From positions 37,512,001 to 37,576,000 of the forward strand of contig CM052818.1 in NCBI GenBank assembly GCA_028534125.1: a stretch of 64,000 nt of DNA. Direction: 5' to 3'. How positions within the stretch are numbered: position 1 is the first letter of the stretch; the number at the start of each line of letters is the position of its first letter. Origin of the DNA: Lama glama (taxonomy: Eukaryota). The position numbers and the translations under genes are program-made. Under the pieces are notes generated by a model. It did no database searches. It had not been told where the DNA came from and saw only the letters and a list, made by a program, of their open reading frames with translations. Shown one piece after another: positions 1 to 12,150 of the stretch.

Positions 1-200
1 TATGAGGTTCCCCATAGGTCTACGGGACCCACAGAGAAATGAATTACTTCTAGACTCCCCCAGAAAGCACCTCCCTAGACATCAGACAGAACACAACTCC
101 TAAGATGACCCTGTCTGGCTTTTTTCCAGCCTGAATCACTGGGCTTCAGGCCTCTACTCACACCTCTAAGTTGACATTCAGGATCAGTGTATCTAATGCT

Positions 201-482
201 TGTCTTAGTCCATTAGGGCAGCTATAGCGAAATATCACACCCTGGGTAGCTTCTAAACCAACAGGAATATATTTCTCACAGTTCTGGGGACCAGGCGGTC
301 AAAAATCAAGCTTGATTTAAGTCCAAGATCAGTGTCTAGTGAGATCTCGCTTTCTGATTCATAGATGGTGACCTCTTACTGTGACCTTATATGGTGGAAG
401 GGGCCAAGGAGCTCTCTGTGGCCTCTTTTATAAAGGAAATAGTGACCTGATCACATCCCAAAGACCCCACCTCTCAATACCA
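201..482 (-). mobile_element. MaLR LTR, MLT1A-like, partial
   Basis: Starts TGTCTTAGTCCATT..GCTATA..AAATA and contains ATTTCTCACAGTTCTGG, GTCCAAGATCA and CCCAAAG.CCCCACCTC, matching the reverse complement of the recalled MLT1A/MST LTR. Confidence 0.85.
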
Positions 483-509
483 GTGCGGACAGAAAACAGG
501 GCTCTTTAA

Positions 510-735
510 GCTTCATTTTTTTCTCTCTTTCCCTCTGTCTTCCCTTCCTCTCTGTCTCTCTCTGTCTCTCTGTTTTTTTTTCACTTCCTTTGTCTTCCTC
601 TGATCCACTCTGCCTCTCCAGCTCTTCATCTCTGTCCTCTCATTCTCTCCTGTGCTTTCTAGCTCCATTTTTCTCTTTGTACTTCTCATTCTTTTTCCTC
701 CCGCTTTCTTTCTTCATCTCCTTCATTTCCTTATA
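510..735. repeat. Pyrimidine-rich (CT) low-complexity tract
   Basis: About 225 bp, strongly C/T-biased on the + strand. Confidence 0.85.
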
Positions 736-1065
736 ACGAAATACCTATAATGGGAACCAAAACCAGAAGGGCTATCTCTTTTCTGCCTTACTCAGTGGTA
801 AGAGACAAGTGGACTTTGGATTTTCCCTAAAAACTTCTACCCTCGCAGAGAAAAGGCCTCTAATTTAGGAACATTGTCATATTTTAATGTGAATCATTCG
901 CTGCAAATAACCATCACCATCACCTTCTTCTTGGCATTGTATTTCCCAAGCAGCTTCCCTTCAGGCCATGGAGAGGTACAGTTTTGTCATGAACAGTGAC
1001 CCAAGTGCAGGAATCTCAAGAGATTTGGTCCTAACTTAGTGTCCAGGGTTTTCAGATGCCAAACT

Positions 1066-1225
1066 GTTAGAGTCAGAAGACCTGGCCTTGAGAACTGTTT
1101 CATTGGTCTCCTCTCTGAATCTGTGTTCATCTTTCGTAGTGTGGGCATAATAATATCTCCTCTGCAGACTTCATTGGTATGTTCTGAAGATCAAGTTAAA
1201 GGATATAAAAGAACTTAAAAATATC
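1066..1225 (+). mobile_element. MIR SINE fragment
   Basis: GAGTCAGAAGACCTGG ... CTCTCTGAATCTGTGTTCATCT ... ATAATAATATCT resembles the MIR core. Confidence 0.6.
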
Positions 1226-1319
1226 CTTTCTTAGAATTAGGCAATGCTTTCTTAAATGGGGCAGAAAAAACACCAACTGTAAGAAAAGAAATGATCACTG
1301 AATTGTACTATGATTATTT

Positions 1320-2370
1320 CATACGTCAACACAAGAAACTATTAAGAGAAAAGGCAACCCTCAAATGGGAGAAATTATTCATAATACACTTATCCAGTAT
1401 GGGCTCCTATCCAGAATATATATCTGGAACTCCTGCAAATCAATTAGAAAAAAAGCAGGCGATGCAGCAGAGAAGTGTACAGAAACTTGAACAGGGACGC
1501 CTTAAAGGCGGATAGCCAAACGGCCAATAAACAAGTGCAAAGATATTTAACTTCATTAATTATTAGGCAATTCACAAAATAAGATGACAAAATGATTAAA
1601 AATGCATGAAAATGTGATGAGTCAGGGACATGTTAACTAATCAAAATGTGTTACCTCTATACTTCCACCAAAATTGCAAAAAATAATAACAATAGGACCA
1701 TGAAACTGCATGTTGGTGAGTACGGAGGGCCACTGGGACATCAAAACAATGACAGTGATGGTATTAATTTCTACAGCTACTTTCCAGTAATATTTGGTAG
1801 GCTGCTACATTTGAACGTATCAGACCCTAGGACTCAGCGGTTTCACTTCTGGAATTTGCCTGTAGAAATTCACATACGCATTCACCAAAAGACAAGCACA
1901 GAAATATTCCCAGCATAGCTATCTGTAATACCGTAGAATAAGTCATTATCCAAATGTTTACCAACAGAGGAATAAATAACTTGTGGTTTGTTTGCAAAAT
2001 GGAATTGTATGCAGTAATGAGAATTAAGAATTATAAACACATGAAACGATGTGGTTGACTTTCATATGCATCGTTGACTGAAAGAAGGAAGACCAGTAGA
2101 ATAAACATCCCAGGATACAGTTTCAGGATAAGAAAATCAATTGGGGGGTGGGAATAGAAGACAGGACAATTTTCTGTCACCTCCTGGGGTGGAGAGCAGT
2201 GACTGAGGAGCCATGCAAGAGGCTTCTGTCACATACTAACATTCTTTGTCTTGAGCTGGATGACTGGTGACAAAATTGTATATCAATTCTGAAAATTCAA
2301 TTGGCTAAACACTTAACGATGCATAAGCTATTTTGTATGTGTATCACACCTCCACACAAAAGTCAAAAAT
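1320..2370 (+). mobile_element. Ancient L1 (L1M/L1ME-like), ORF2 end and 3' UTR, degenerate
   Basis: Decayed ORF2 motifs (AAAAGGCAA..C..AATGGGAGAAA; GGCCAATAAACA..TG.AAAGAT..T.AACTTCATTA, the [14 protein letters not shown] region) followed by an L1M-type 3' UTR. Confidence 0.8.
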
Positions 2371-2700
2371 ACTGTCCCACAAGTTGGCTTGGGATTTAGA
2401 GATGATGGAAGTTGTTTTCACTGGGTAGAAATACATTCTATTTTCCAGAAATTCTAAGCATAGGGAAGAGTAATTATGACCTGTTCCAAGTCAAGGAACA
2501 AGTTCACACTAAGAAAAATTGATGTAGATTTGAGCTCAGTGAAAAAGAATTAGGAAATTAAGGAAAGTAGAATATTGGTGATATGTTCCTGGATTTAGAT
2601 GTAAACAAGGCAGACTAGAAATTGGAGGAAAAGGTGGCTGACATGAGGTTCTGGTGCAACCCCAATGTAAGAAGTTTGTATTGAATGCTGTAGCTTATCT

Positions 2701-2702
2701 AC

Positions 2703-2735
<33 letters not shown>

Positions 2736-2752
2736 GACAGAGAGAGAGAGAC
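2701..2752. repeat. Compound (GA)n/(GACA)n microsatellite
   Basis: Read directly from the sequence. Confidence 0.95.
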
Positions 2753-3964
2753 ATTGAAAGAGTTTGATCAAGTCCTTCATGGAAGAAGAAAAGATAGAAG
2801 GGCAGAAAGACAGAATGTGGGGTCTGAAGTCCAGCATGGAATGAAGGGGAGAGATGGGATGGAGGAAAGGACAGTTGGTACAAAGAATATAGCCCTTGGA
2901 CATGAAGTTCCTGAAGCCTGTAAGTTCTTTTTTATTAAACCAAACTGTCATATGTTATGACAGAAATTAAATGCAACATCTGTTCTGAGTTCTTGCAGAA
3001 ATGGAACTTCATCACGAGTTTATATATTGGTCCACATACACCATATATATGTACAGCGAGGAATCTTAACTATTCTCACATTAATATGTGGCAAAATTGC
3101 ACTTTTCATTTTCTAAAGCACTGTTAAAAAACCTGGCGGTCCTCTCTTCCTTCCCAGCCAAAATGGAGTTGTAGATTGCACTCCATTTATGAACCAACAG
3201 TACGTTTACTTGCAGCCTGGGCAGGATTACCATAAATTAAGATAAAACTACAATGCTAAGCAAAAGAACAGAGGGTGTTTGGCAATGGGCTATCCTTGAC
3301 CTTGTAATCATTTGCTTTAGTTCTAATCTGCACACTCCAGTAATCTGCCAGCCAAAGAGGCTTGTGAATTAGCAAGGTTTGGCTGTTTATAAAACACATG
3401 TGTAAGTATATGTGGGGACCGTGGGTGCATACAGGGTGTGCATTTATGCGTGCAGACGCGTCTGTGTGGGAACAGGCATGGCTGTGGGTGTTTTGGGGAG
3501 AAAGTGGACGTGTGGGTCTGTGCAGCTGTGTGTTGAATGGGTGTGTGTGCCAGTGTGCGAGGAGGAGTTGGGGTTGTCGTGCGCGCAGTTGTTCTGGCAA
3601 GTATTTGCTGACAAAGGATTGACATAGCCAGAGATCTGTGCTGCCTAGTCTCCTTAATCACCACAAATGAAATCATCCCAGGGATCTTCGGGTGGTTCTG
3701 TAGAACAAGTCATAGCGAGGAGAGGTCACCTGCTTAGAGTCACGTGGATAGTGAGGACACAGTACAAACTGCTCCTGAAAATATTGAATGAATCCATTTT
3801 TTAAGTCCACGGAGTGATACCTTCTTAACCGAAGAGTTGTAATCCAAATCAGAAGTCTAACATTGGGAGGTAAGCCATTCCCATCTGGGATGGTCTCAGT
3901 GTCACATTTGCCTTGGTGGCAAAATGGTGGCCACTCTCCCACGTGCCAGAGCCTCTGGGGACTG

Positions 3965-4116
3965 CAGCCTGAAACAGGGAAGAATACAAGGAGACCTTTG
4001 CATATGTTTATTGAATAGATCCTGGTATTTATAGGGTGTACAGCCTGAAACAGGGAAGAATACAAGGAGACCTTTGCATATGTTTATTGAATAGATCCTG
4101 GTATTTATAGGGTGTA
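3965..4116. repeat. Exact 76-bp tandem duplication (2 copies)
   Basis: 3965-4040 and 4041-4116 are identical (CAGCCTGAAACAGGG...ATAGGGTGTA). Confidence 0.97.
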
Positions 4117-6520
4117 CTCACACCTAGGTGAGTATTCCCAGCTTTACATAGCGGATGATTTACTACCAGGTCAGTAAGTGGCCCCTCCTTCGATGTTTAC
4201 TTACGTACCAAATTCTTCTAAGAGGAAACGGCTTTTCTTTTCACATAGAGGGGTCAGCAATTGGGCTTCCTAGGAAGCTGGGAGTCTTCTGGAAGAACAA
4301 GTAACTGATTTTAGAACTCTTCCGGAGAACAGGGCTTGGAGAAGCGTGAGAGTGTAAAGACACTAGGAATAAGAAAAGCAGAAGAAAGAGAAGCAGGGCT
4401 CGGAGCTAGGTTTCAGTCATGCAGTTTGTCTCTGTGTGGGTGTGTGCCTGTGTGCCTGGGTGTGTGTGTTGGGCATGTACACACATGAACGCATATTGAA
4501 TATATAAATTATCCGCACATTTTCTGTGTTGTGAAGTACTGAAGTGCCAAGATATAGGTGGTTCTTGGAAGTACTTGCAGAACATATGCTGTGCTATTCC
4601 ACCATCTGTAGCCTAGGACCGGATTCTATTGCTTTGCTTTGGGACAAGGAAGAGGGAAATGAGCAGATTTCTCTCTCATGAGTGCCTCCTCGGCCCCTAC
4701 CAGCTCAATCCTGCAACTCTAACCTTCAGTGGACCAGTCCACCCACCTCCCTGGGGGACGAGACCCATCGTGGTTAAGAAATGGCTCTGGTCTCCCCTGT
4801 ATGGGGAAGATTTTACCCCTTCAGACAACACGACAGAAGCAACTGTACTCAACAATGTCTTTGCCCAAAGTCTTCAAAGCCATTGTGTTTTTCGTCTTCA
4901 GGAATGCCATGAATGCCACCCATAGGTGCAATTGCCTTCCTTGCCTTGATGGCATGGATTAGTTAAGATTAATCTGATCACCATCTACTGATGCTTTTAA
5001 AATAAAAGCTAAGCTCTTCATTTAGCTAAGATAAGACTTAACGACCAGACTCTGCCTACCTTTGCTGACAGATGCCCCACTACTGTCACACATGTTCCTG
5101 CCATTCAGTTGTATGTGAAGTAACACCAGTTGGCCACTCCCGAGGATGCCAGATATGGTTGTCCTCTGCCGGGAAGGGTGAGGGCGGTAGGCGTCCGTCT
5201 CCCGACCTCCTGCTCCACCGCGCCCTCCATCCCTGACACCATCTTAACACGCCGCTCGTAACGCTGTGAACCTTCACGCTTTCCTGGCTGCGTCTGGGAA
5301 AGAAGGACCTTCCATTGTCCTCTAAAGATAAAGAAACTCCTTTTTTTTTTTAAATGAGAAAAGCAAGGGGAAAAATAGAGGGAAAAAAAAGCATGTGACA
5401 AAACATAGAATTTATTAAATTATACAAAATGGGTTCCTTATTAAAATAACTTGCCCCCAAAGGACTCAGCAATCCCCAGTTTTCTCCCTCCAATCCTGCC
5501 ATGGCTGAACTGGAGAAGAAATAAATTTTCTGAGACCTTGGCCAGTGTTCTGCCACTGTCTTGGGAGGCTTTTTCGTACGCTCCAGGGAACATTGCTGAT
5601 TCATATTGCTTCATTCTGGGAATTTGAAAAGGGCAATCAGACGTTCCACCACATGATTTTTCATCTCCACGCTCGCCCAGAGGGCTGCAGTGAGGGCACT
5701 GAGTAAGATGACCGCCAGGATTCTTGCTCCCTGAATCTCTCTCCCTAGGATCTTCCCTTGCATCCCAGTCTGAAGCGTTAGTCCTTGCACCTGCAACTTG
5801 CTTTTTGCTCATCCTCCAGGTGATGCTGGTATGACCAAACTTGGAGTCGAGGAGACACACTTTGTAATTAATTACTCTCTGGGGCCTCTTAATGATGCAG
5901 TTTGTCAGATGGAAAGAGTGATGAGATGGGAGACTTGAAGCACCACTTGTGGGGTGATAAGATCCATTCGGCTCTTGGCTGTCTCTTGGTTGCCATGACA
6001 ACCTCCTTGCTGTTGGGCTCTGTGACTATGTGAGGGGTTGCAGGAATGAATTTGTGGCAGCCTTTGGGAGTCAGTCCTGAGGCGGAAGGACCACTCTCCA
6101 AACCCTCAGGGACAGTGTTTGCTTTGCTGTCACTGGTAAAGGGAGAGAATATGATAATTGCATTTGAAAGCCATTGGTTTGTGTGGTTCAGAGGCGTACT
6201 TTAATGCTGGGTTATGAGGAGCTGGAAAGCAGAAGAGCAGAACGGCTCAGGACTGGCACGAGAGGCAGTGAGCACCGAGCCTGTGCTCAGTCAGCACCTC
6301 GGGAAGCCCTGATGCACCAAGGCATCTTCATTCTCTGCAATGCTGGGCAATGGTGCAGAGCCGACTTTTTAACCAATTGCTTGCCCTGTGCTTGGTGGCT
6401 CTCAGAATGAGTCCTGTCTTTCTCAGCTTCATTTTTCTATATGAACTCAGTTTCTTTTATAGTACATAGGAATCCCCACTGCATTCCTGCTCCAAGCAGG
6501 GTCATGGTTTCTGAGCTGGT

Positions 6521-6640
6521 GTTTGTTTGTTTGTTTGTTTGTTTGTTTAGTTTTATTGAAGTTCAATTGGCAAATAAAAATTGCATACATTTAAGGTGTG
6601 CAACTTGGTGTTCTGACATATGTATACATTGTGAGATGAA
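6521..6640 (-). mobile_element. L1 (L1MA-like) extreme 3' end with (GTTT)7 tail-derived microsatellite
   Basis: (GTTT)7 at 6521-6548, then TTTTATTGAAG...ATTTAAGGTGT.CAAC...ATATGTATACATTGTGA.ATGA, the reverse complement of an L1MA 3' terminus. Confidence 0.75.
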
Positions 6641-9180
6641 GTCAGTGGAGAGGATTGTCAGGCGTGTTGAGGGTGAGCACTCTGCCCAGTTATGGGGTGA
6701 TCTCCGCATCTTGCTCCTAGTGGCTGTACCCACTCTTCTTAGGGAGGATGTCTGCGCTTAAAATATTCAGATGGAGGACAGTTTATCCACCTTGGTAACT
6801 CTTTAGGAGAGCATTATGAGCGTTGTGAGACTTTTGAAAAATATCTTACTAAGTATTTTGAAATGGGAGGTGATTTCAACAAAGGGGGCACAAGTAGTGA
6901 TGAATAGGCATGAAACACGTTTCTAAGGAGAGTGGCAGCTGCTTTTGGACAGCGTTAGTTTCACCCAGTATTGCAAGGAGAGGAGGGACTGCCGGTCAGA
7001 ATTTGGACAGAGATGAATTACTCCACGTGCAGCAATGAGGGGAATTAGAAATCCAGGGAAACCCCAGAATGGAGGTGAGAAGAACTAGTTAGCAATCTAG
7101 ATGCTAGAAAGGATGCACGAAGGAAGGTTCTAGTCCCACCTAATGCTCCCTTAAGGTTAGTGCTATGTTCTCTTATGAACTAATCTTTGTCATGTTACTC
7201 AGTGTACTTTCCATAAACCAAGGTAGCAATATTAATAATGCGAGGTACTTCCCTTGCATTGTCTCAATTATACTAAGCAGGTCAGGATGATATTGCCTGT
7301 TTTCTCGATGAGAACACTTTGGGCATGTTTTCTGAACAGAAACACCTAATTTACCAATGACTATTCCTGGTATAATAATTGGTTTATATGGAAGGTCTCA
7401 TAGAGAAACATTAAGTTAAATTTATGTATAATTTACTTATTCAACACCATATATTTATTTTTTAAAAAAGAGAATGAAAGTGCCTAAACCTAAAATATCA
7501 CAGAGAAATTCAAGTTACAGGGTTCTAGCTACCAAAGTCAAGGGTCACCTTCCACGCAAAGATTAGCTTCAATTCTAGAATTAGGTGTTTTGTCTCTGGC
7601 TCCCCTTTTCTGCACTCAAGCTCTGTGAATCCTACCCTCATGTTCACTGTCATCCCTCATCTGAAATTCCTGTCTGGTCTCCTCAACTCTCAGTCAGAAT
7701 TTTCCTGTCTGATACTATAAAAAAAAAAGTCATATGTAAGTTCGTCCTCCAGGAAATAAGATCCTTGATCTCATAGATTAATTTATTACCCTTTTCAGAG
7801 TATATATTTGCTTTTTAGAAGGGAACTTTAGGGAAAATCACACTGGGAGTCAGTTAGATGCTAAGAGGATGTAAGTCAAAGCTGAGAAGACTGTCCAGCT
7901 TCTGGTGACTGGGTACTATGGCATCCAAGGAGCTCGCTCTCACGAGCCCCTGTGTTTTACCATCATTTTAGAACTTGCTTTCCTTGTTGGAAGTTTTGTA
8001 TTTCACACAGTACATTTACCTCTGGGTGGTCCAATTATGTTACTGATGAGGGATCTCAAAATGTCCCTTAAGGGCCACAAAAGCTCAAATGCCTTTAGGG
8101 TCCCTTCAAGTATCTTATGAAGAAGGCAAAGTATTGTGAGAACCCTGAGAACTGTGGCAAACGAGAGTGTGCATAATCCACAGAGAAGCACTGATGTTTA
8201 TATATAAATACGTGTCCTTTTTTAAATTAAAAAAATTGTACCTTCCAAACAAACAAAGCAAATTTATAGCCATACAGAATCCAAAGGCCTTCTGCTTGAA
8301 AAAAACGTTTGAATATTACTTGAACTAGAAAATTAATTACAAAGTTGAAAGAGAGAAAAATCAGAAAGGGCCATGGATGAGTAACTTAGCTTTGACTCTT
8401 TAGTCTTCAGTGACTCTTACAGATTGATGTTCAGTACGTTCTGTTGAAGGCTTATCACGCTACTAAAGCCCTGGTAGGAACCTTGAATCATACACCATCC
8501 AGACCCAGAGATCGGAAACGGGCATCACAGGAAGACGTATGCTGAGCCTCTGGTGACCAGGCTGGAGAAGTGGCCTTGGACCATGATAGTGATAACTCAA
8601 GTTCAGAGCAGAATCAATTCCTTAACTCAGCAGCAGGGCAATGATTCAGACTCGAGATCAGATTCTTCAATGAATGGCTTGTGGTAAAATATGTTTTGTG
8701 TCTGAGGACTGTCTTACTGAATTTTGTGTTAAATGTACTGATGGGATAAGTCATTTTGAACCATAGGGTTTCTTTTTCACATGTAGATTCTATGCCTTTA
8801 AGATGGTACATTACAGCTTCCATCCAACCGCTATCAGGTTCCACACTGGGAATTTGGTTGAGAGCAGAGGTTATCAAGCAAACAATTAGAATCATGAGGG
8901 AGTCGAGAAGGCGTTTTCTAGTGGTGTTGCTTCAGGGGATATGTTTGTCAGCGTTTGGCTTTGTTGAAATGTGCACATTAAATTTGGGAGATCTTGAGAG
9001 GCTTTTTAAAGTTTAATTGCTGCAAATCTCTTGTGATCATGCTTTCCTGTGAGATTTACACCGCTCCAAATGCTTTCCAGTATGAAAAATCATTATTTCC
9101 CATATTGTTTTGCCTGAAAAAGTAGAGTGTGCAGAGCGACAGGGAAGGATAGCATTCCTTCTCTGGAGTCAGTAAAAGTG

Positions 9181-9590
9181 TGTGTATTAGTCAGCTAGAG
9201 ATGCAGTAACAAAATACCAGAGACCAGGTGGCTTATAAAACAGACACTTACGTTCTCACGGTTCTAGAGGCTAGAATTCCAAGTTCCGGGTCCTGGCAGC
9301 TTTGGTTTCTTCTGAGGTCTCTCTTCTTGGCTTTCAGAGGGCCACCTTCTCCCTGTGCCTCACAGGCTCTCTCCTCTGTGACACATCCCTGGCATCTCTT
9401 TGTGTGTCCACATTTCCTTTTCTTTTAGTGGCACTGCACAGGGTAGATTACAGCCCAAGCTAACAGCTTCATTTTAACTTGATCACCTTGTGTAAAGGGC
9501 CTGTCTCCAAATAGTCTCAATGTGATGTGCTGTGGTTTAGGGCTTCAACATATGAATTTTGAGGGAATCCATGCAATGCAACACGTAACA
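9181..9590 (-). mobile_element. Solo MaLR LTR, MLT1B-like, full length
   Basis: TGTATTAGTC...AACAAAATACC..AGAC..GGTGGCTTA...GGGCTTCAACATATGAATTTT...AACA; flanked by AAGTG at 9176-9180 and 9591-9595 (5-bp TSD). Confidence 0.88.
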
Positions 9591-11949
9591 AAGTGTAATT
9601 GTTTTCAGGCTTGGACTAAATGATGGACGAGGCCCCCTTTAGATCTGTAAGTGTAGGATTCTCTGATTCAAGAACTTGGTTCATCTATGACTTCTGAAAA
9701 GTCAGACTTTTGTAGAAAGCTTGTTTTCTCTCTCTCTTGCATCACTGTGTTGGTCAGTTGAGTACTGTCTTGCTCTAAAGAATGGAACTTGAGACATGAC
9801 CTCCTGCTTCAAGGCCCAAGTGTCTCCCTGCTGTCATCATCATCCCCACTCACAACCTGCTCTAATCTTTTCTTAATCAGAAAAAAAAATCAAATTGGGA
9901 AGATACAGATGCAAGTTATTAAGGAGGGAGGAGAGGCTACTAAATACTGTTTTCTTTAAGAGAAATAATGAGAAATCAAAAACAGACCAAAGGCAGAGCA
10001 GAAATGTAAGAGACATTTCAAAGGTCAAATTCTAATGACTTGACTTCTTATTAAATATGGTACTTGAAAAAGAAGCATCAAGGGAACCTCTGTGAGTTCT
10101 GGCTTGTGTGTCTATGGATGGTGGAGCTATTAACAAAGATTACTAGTAAAGGAGGAAAGTTATTTTAAAGGTTATTTAAAGGCATATACATATGTGTGTG
10201 TGTGTGTAGAGAGAGTATACATGTGCAATGCATCTACACCATTACGAGCACACACAATATGTATTTTACATAGCTATCCACACTGATAAATTTTAACTGT
10301 GCCAGCTAAGCAGAGCATCTGCATGCTGCCAAAGAAGCCCTGTCACAGAGCTACAGAGCTTGACTTCTCGAATGGTTAACATTCGTATAGCCCCAGGCTA
10401 AGATGCCTGAGAGCATTTCTGTTTTAAATGGAAAATGGATAAATGCAATAATTGGACCATATTTAAAGACATGGCATTTGTGTCTTAGACAAAATTACCT
10501 GTGTTGAGAAAAAGAACCATGCAGCTAAGGGTCCAGGCACAAAGAATTCAACAGTATATGTATTCAGTTGAAGGACTGCCAGTCATGCAATTCTTTAGTT
10601 CTTTTGTACAACTCCTTTTTATCACAAGACAATGCTCACTACTCTGTAGTAACTAATTAGTAATAAATAATGAGTGGTAAAAGTTGTGGAATAAAACATT
10701 TCTAGCAAGAATTTCATTATGTGATTAAAGGTCATTAACTGCCTTACTAATGAATGCCTTGTTAAGTACTTGTAAAGCACGTTGTCCAGGCACATTACTT
10801 AGAATATCGTTGACTCTTACGAGAAAATATGTTGGCAGGAAAAAGAAATATCAGGCTACTTTTAGAAAAACAGCAAACTTATGAGTTTCCCCTAACCTAA
10901 GATGATATCAGCATTCCTTGCTGAATTATTATGCAAAAGCCATCAATGTAAGGTGACTACTGACAGAAGCAGAAGGTAGCTTGGTGTTCTGTTGCTGAAA
11001 AGAGGAATCCCTGCATGCAAGTTAAGCTTTCCTGCTCACCCTAACTTCATCCTGAAAGGCGGAGTTCATAGAGGGATGCTGCTTGGTTTTAGTATCACCA
11101 AATCCACAGGTGAACCACTTAGAGATAGTGTACATTTAAGTGTAGAATTACTCATCTCTGCCAACACCTATACAACTTTTCCGAGAGTCTGGGGACTTTT
11201 TCACTGTTGAAACACAGTGAAGTTGATAATTACAGAGGATTCCTAACCAACTGTCATGCAACCAGCTCATCAGAATAATTTAGCTCTGCACTCCATTTGT
11301 AAACATACTGAGCAGTGTCCAGGCACGCTTATCTCAGGACCTACAGGCTCCTCACCCCTGTCCCGGTGCCTATCTGCTCCCGCCACTAGTGGGGAGCTTA
11401 TCACAAGTCAGCAAATATGTTGATGCTAGTTGCCCTTGCCCTTGGCACTGCATAAGTCAGTTAAATAGTATGTAAATCAAGGAGCCATTAAGTGCAAAGA
11501 AAAAATGTCTCGGATGTTTTTTTCTAGCAAGGGAAGGTTCTAAAAAATTTGTGTGGGATTGGGTATGGTTAGACCACTGTAAAAGACCAGGGAAACAGTA
11601 AAATTTTAGCATTCTTGGCTCAGATTGACTCTCCAGGGACTCTGCCTTCTCACTCTCACTTAAAGATATCAAAAAATAGAATTGTAGATCATGCATCATA
11701 AATGCAGCTTTTGTAAGGAAACTCTCATCAGAGGACTTGAGCACAAAGCCAAGACCTTCGCTCTACATCAAAAGCACAGCTAATAAATGCACCTTTACAG
11801 ATTGTAGGTGAAAATAATATGCTTAAGCAATGAATGGGCTTTGTAAGGATTCTCTGCTTTACAGAACTTTTTGATTGATTGGCCAGTTACCGACTCTGAA
11901 TGCACTAGATGGAAGAACTTCTATCGTATCGGAGGAGTGAAAAATCAGT

Positions 11950-12150
11950 GTACAAAACATTTCCAATCTAATCCAACTTAAAAAAAAATACTCTCTACAT
12001 GGAAGTGTATGCATATGTCTGCAGAAAAAATAAGATGAGACTATTAATATTTAATGTTGAGTGATATGCTTATGCCAGATTTTTATTTCCTTTGTTAAAT
12101 TTTTCTGTATTAAAATTTCCTATCATTCATTGTTACTACTTTTTTAATGA
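11950..12150 (+). mobile_element. Ancient L1ME-like 3' end fragment
   Basis: GATTTTTATTTCCTT...TTTTCTGTATT...TGTTACTACTTTTTTAAT resembles an L1ME 3' terminus. Confidence 0.45.

Noticed and set aside
3965..4116. CRISPR-like or satellite array
   Set aside because: Only two adjacent copies, no spacers, eukaryotic context.
4199..4235. 13-nt minus-strand microexon candidate
   Set aside because: Short polypyrimidine tract with nearby upstream AGs and a weak exonic donor context.
5441..6001. Longest ORF (186 aa, minus strand)
   Set aside because: No recognisable family, no supporting splice structure, and it begins at a non-ATG codon.
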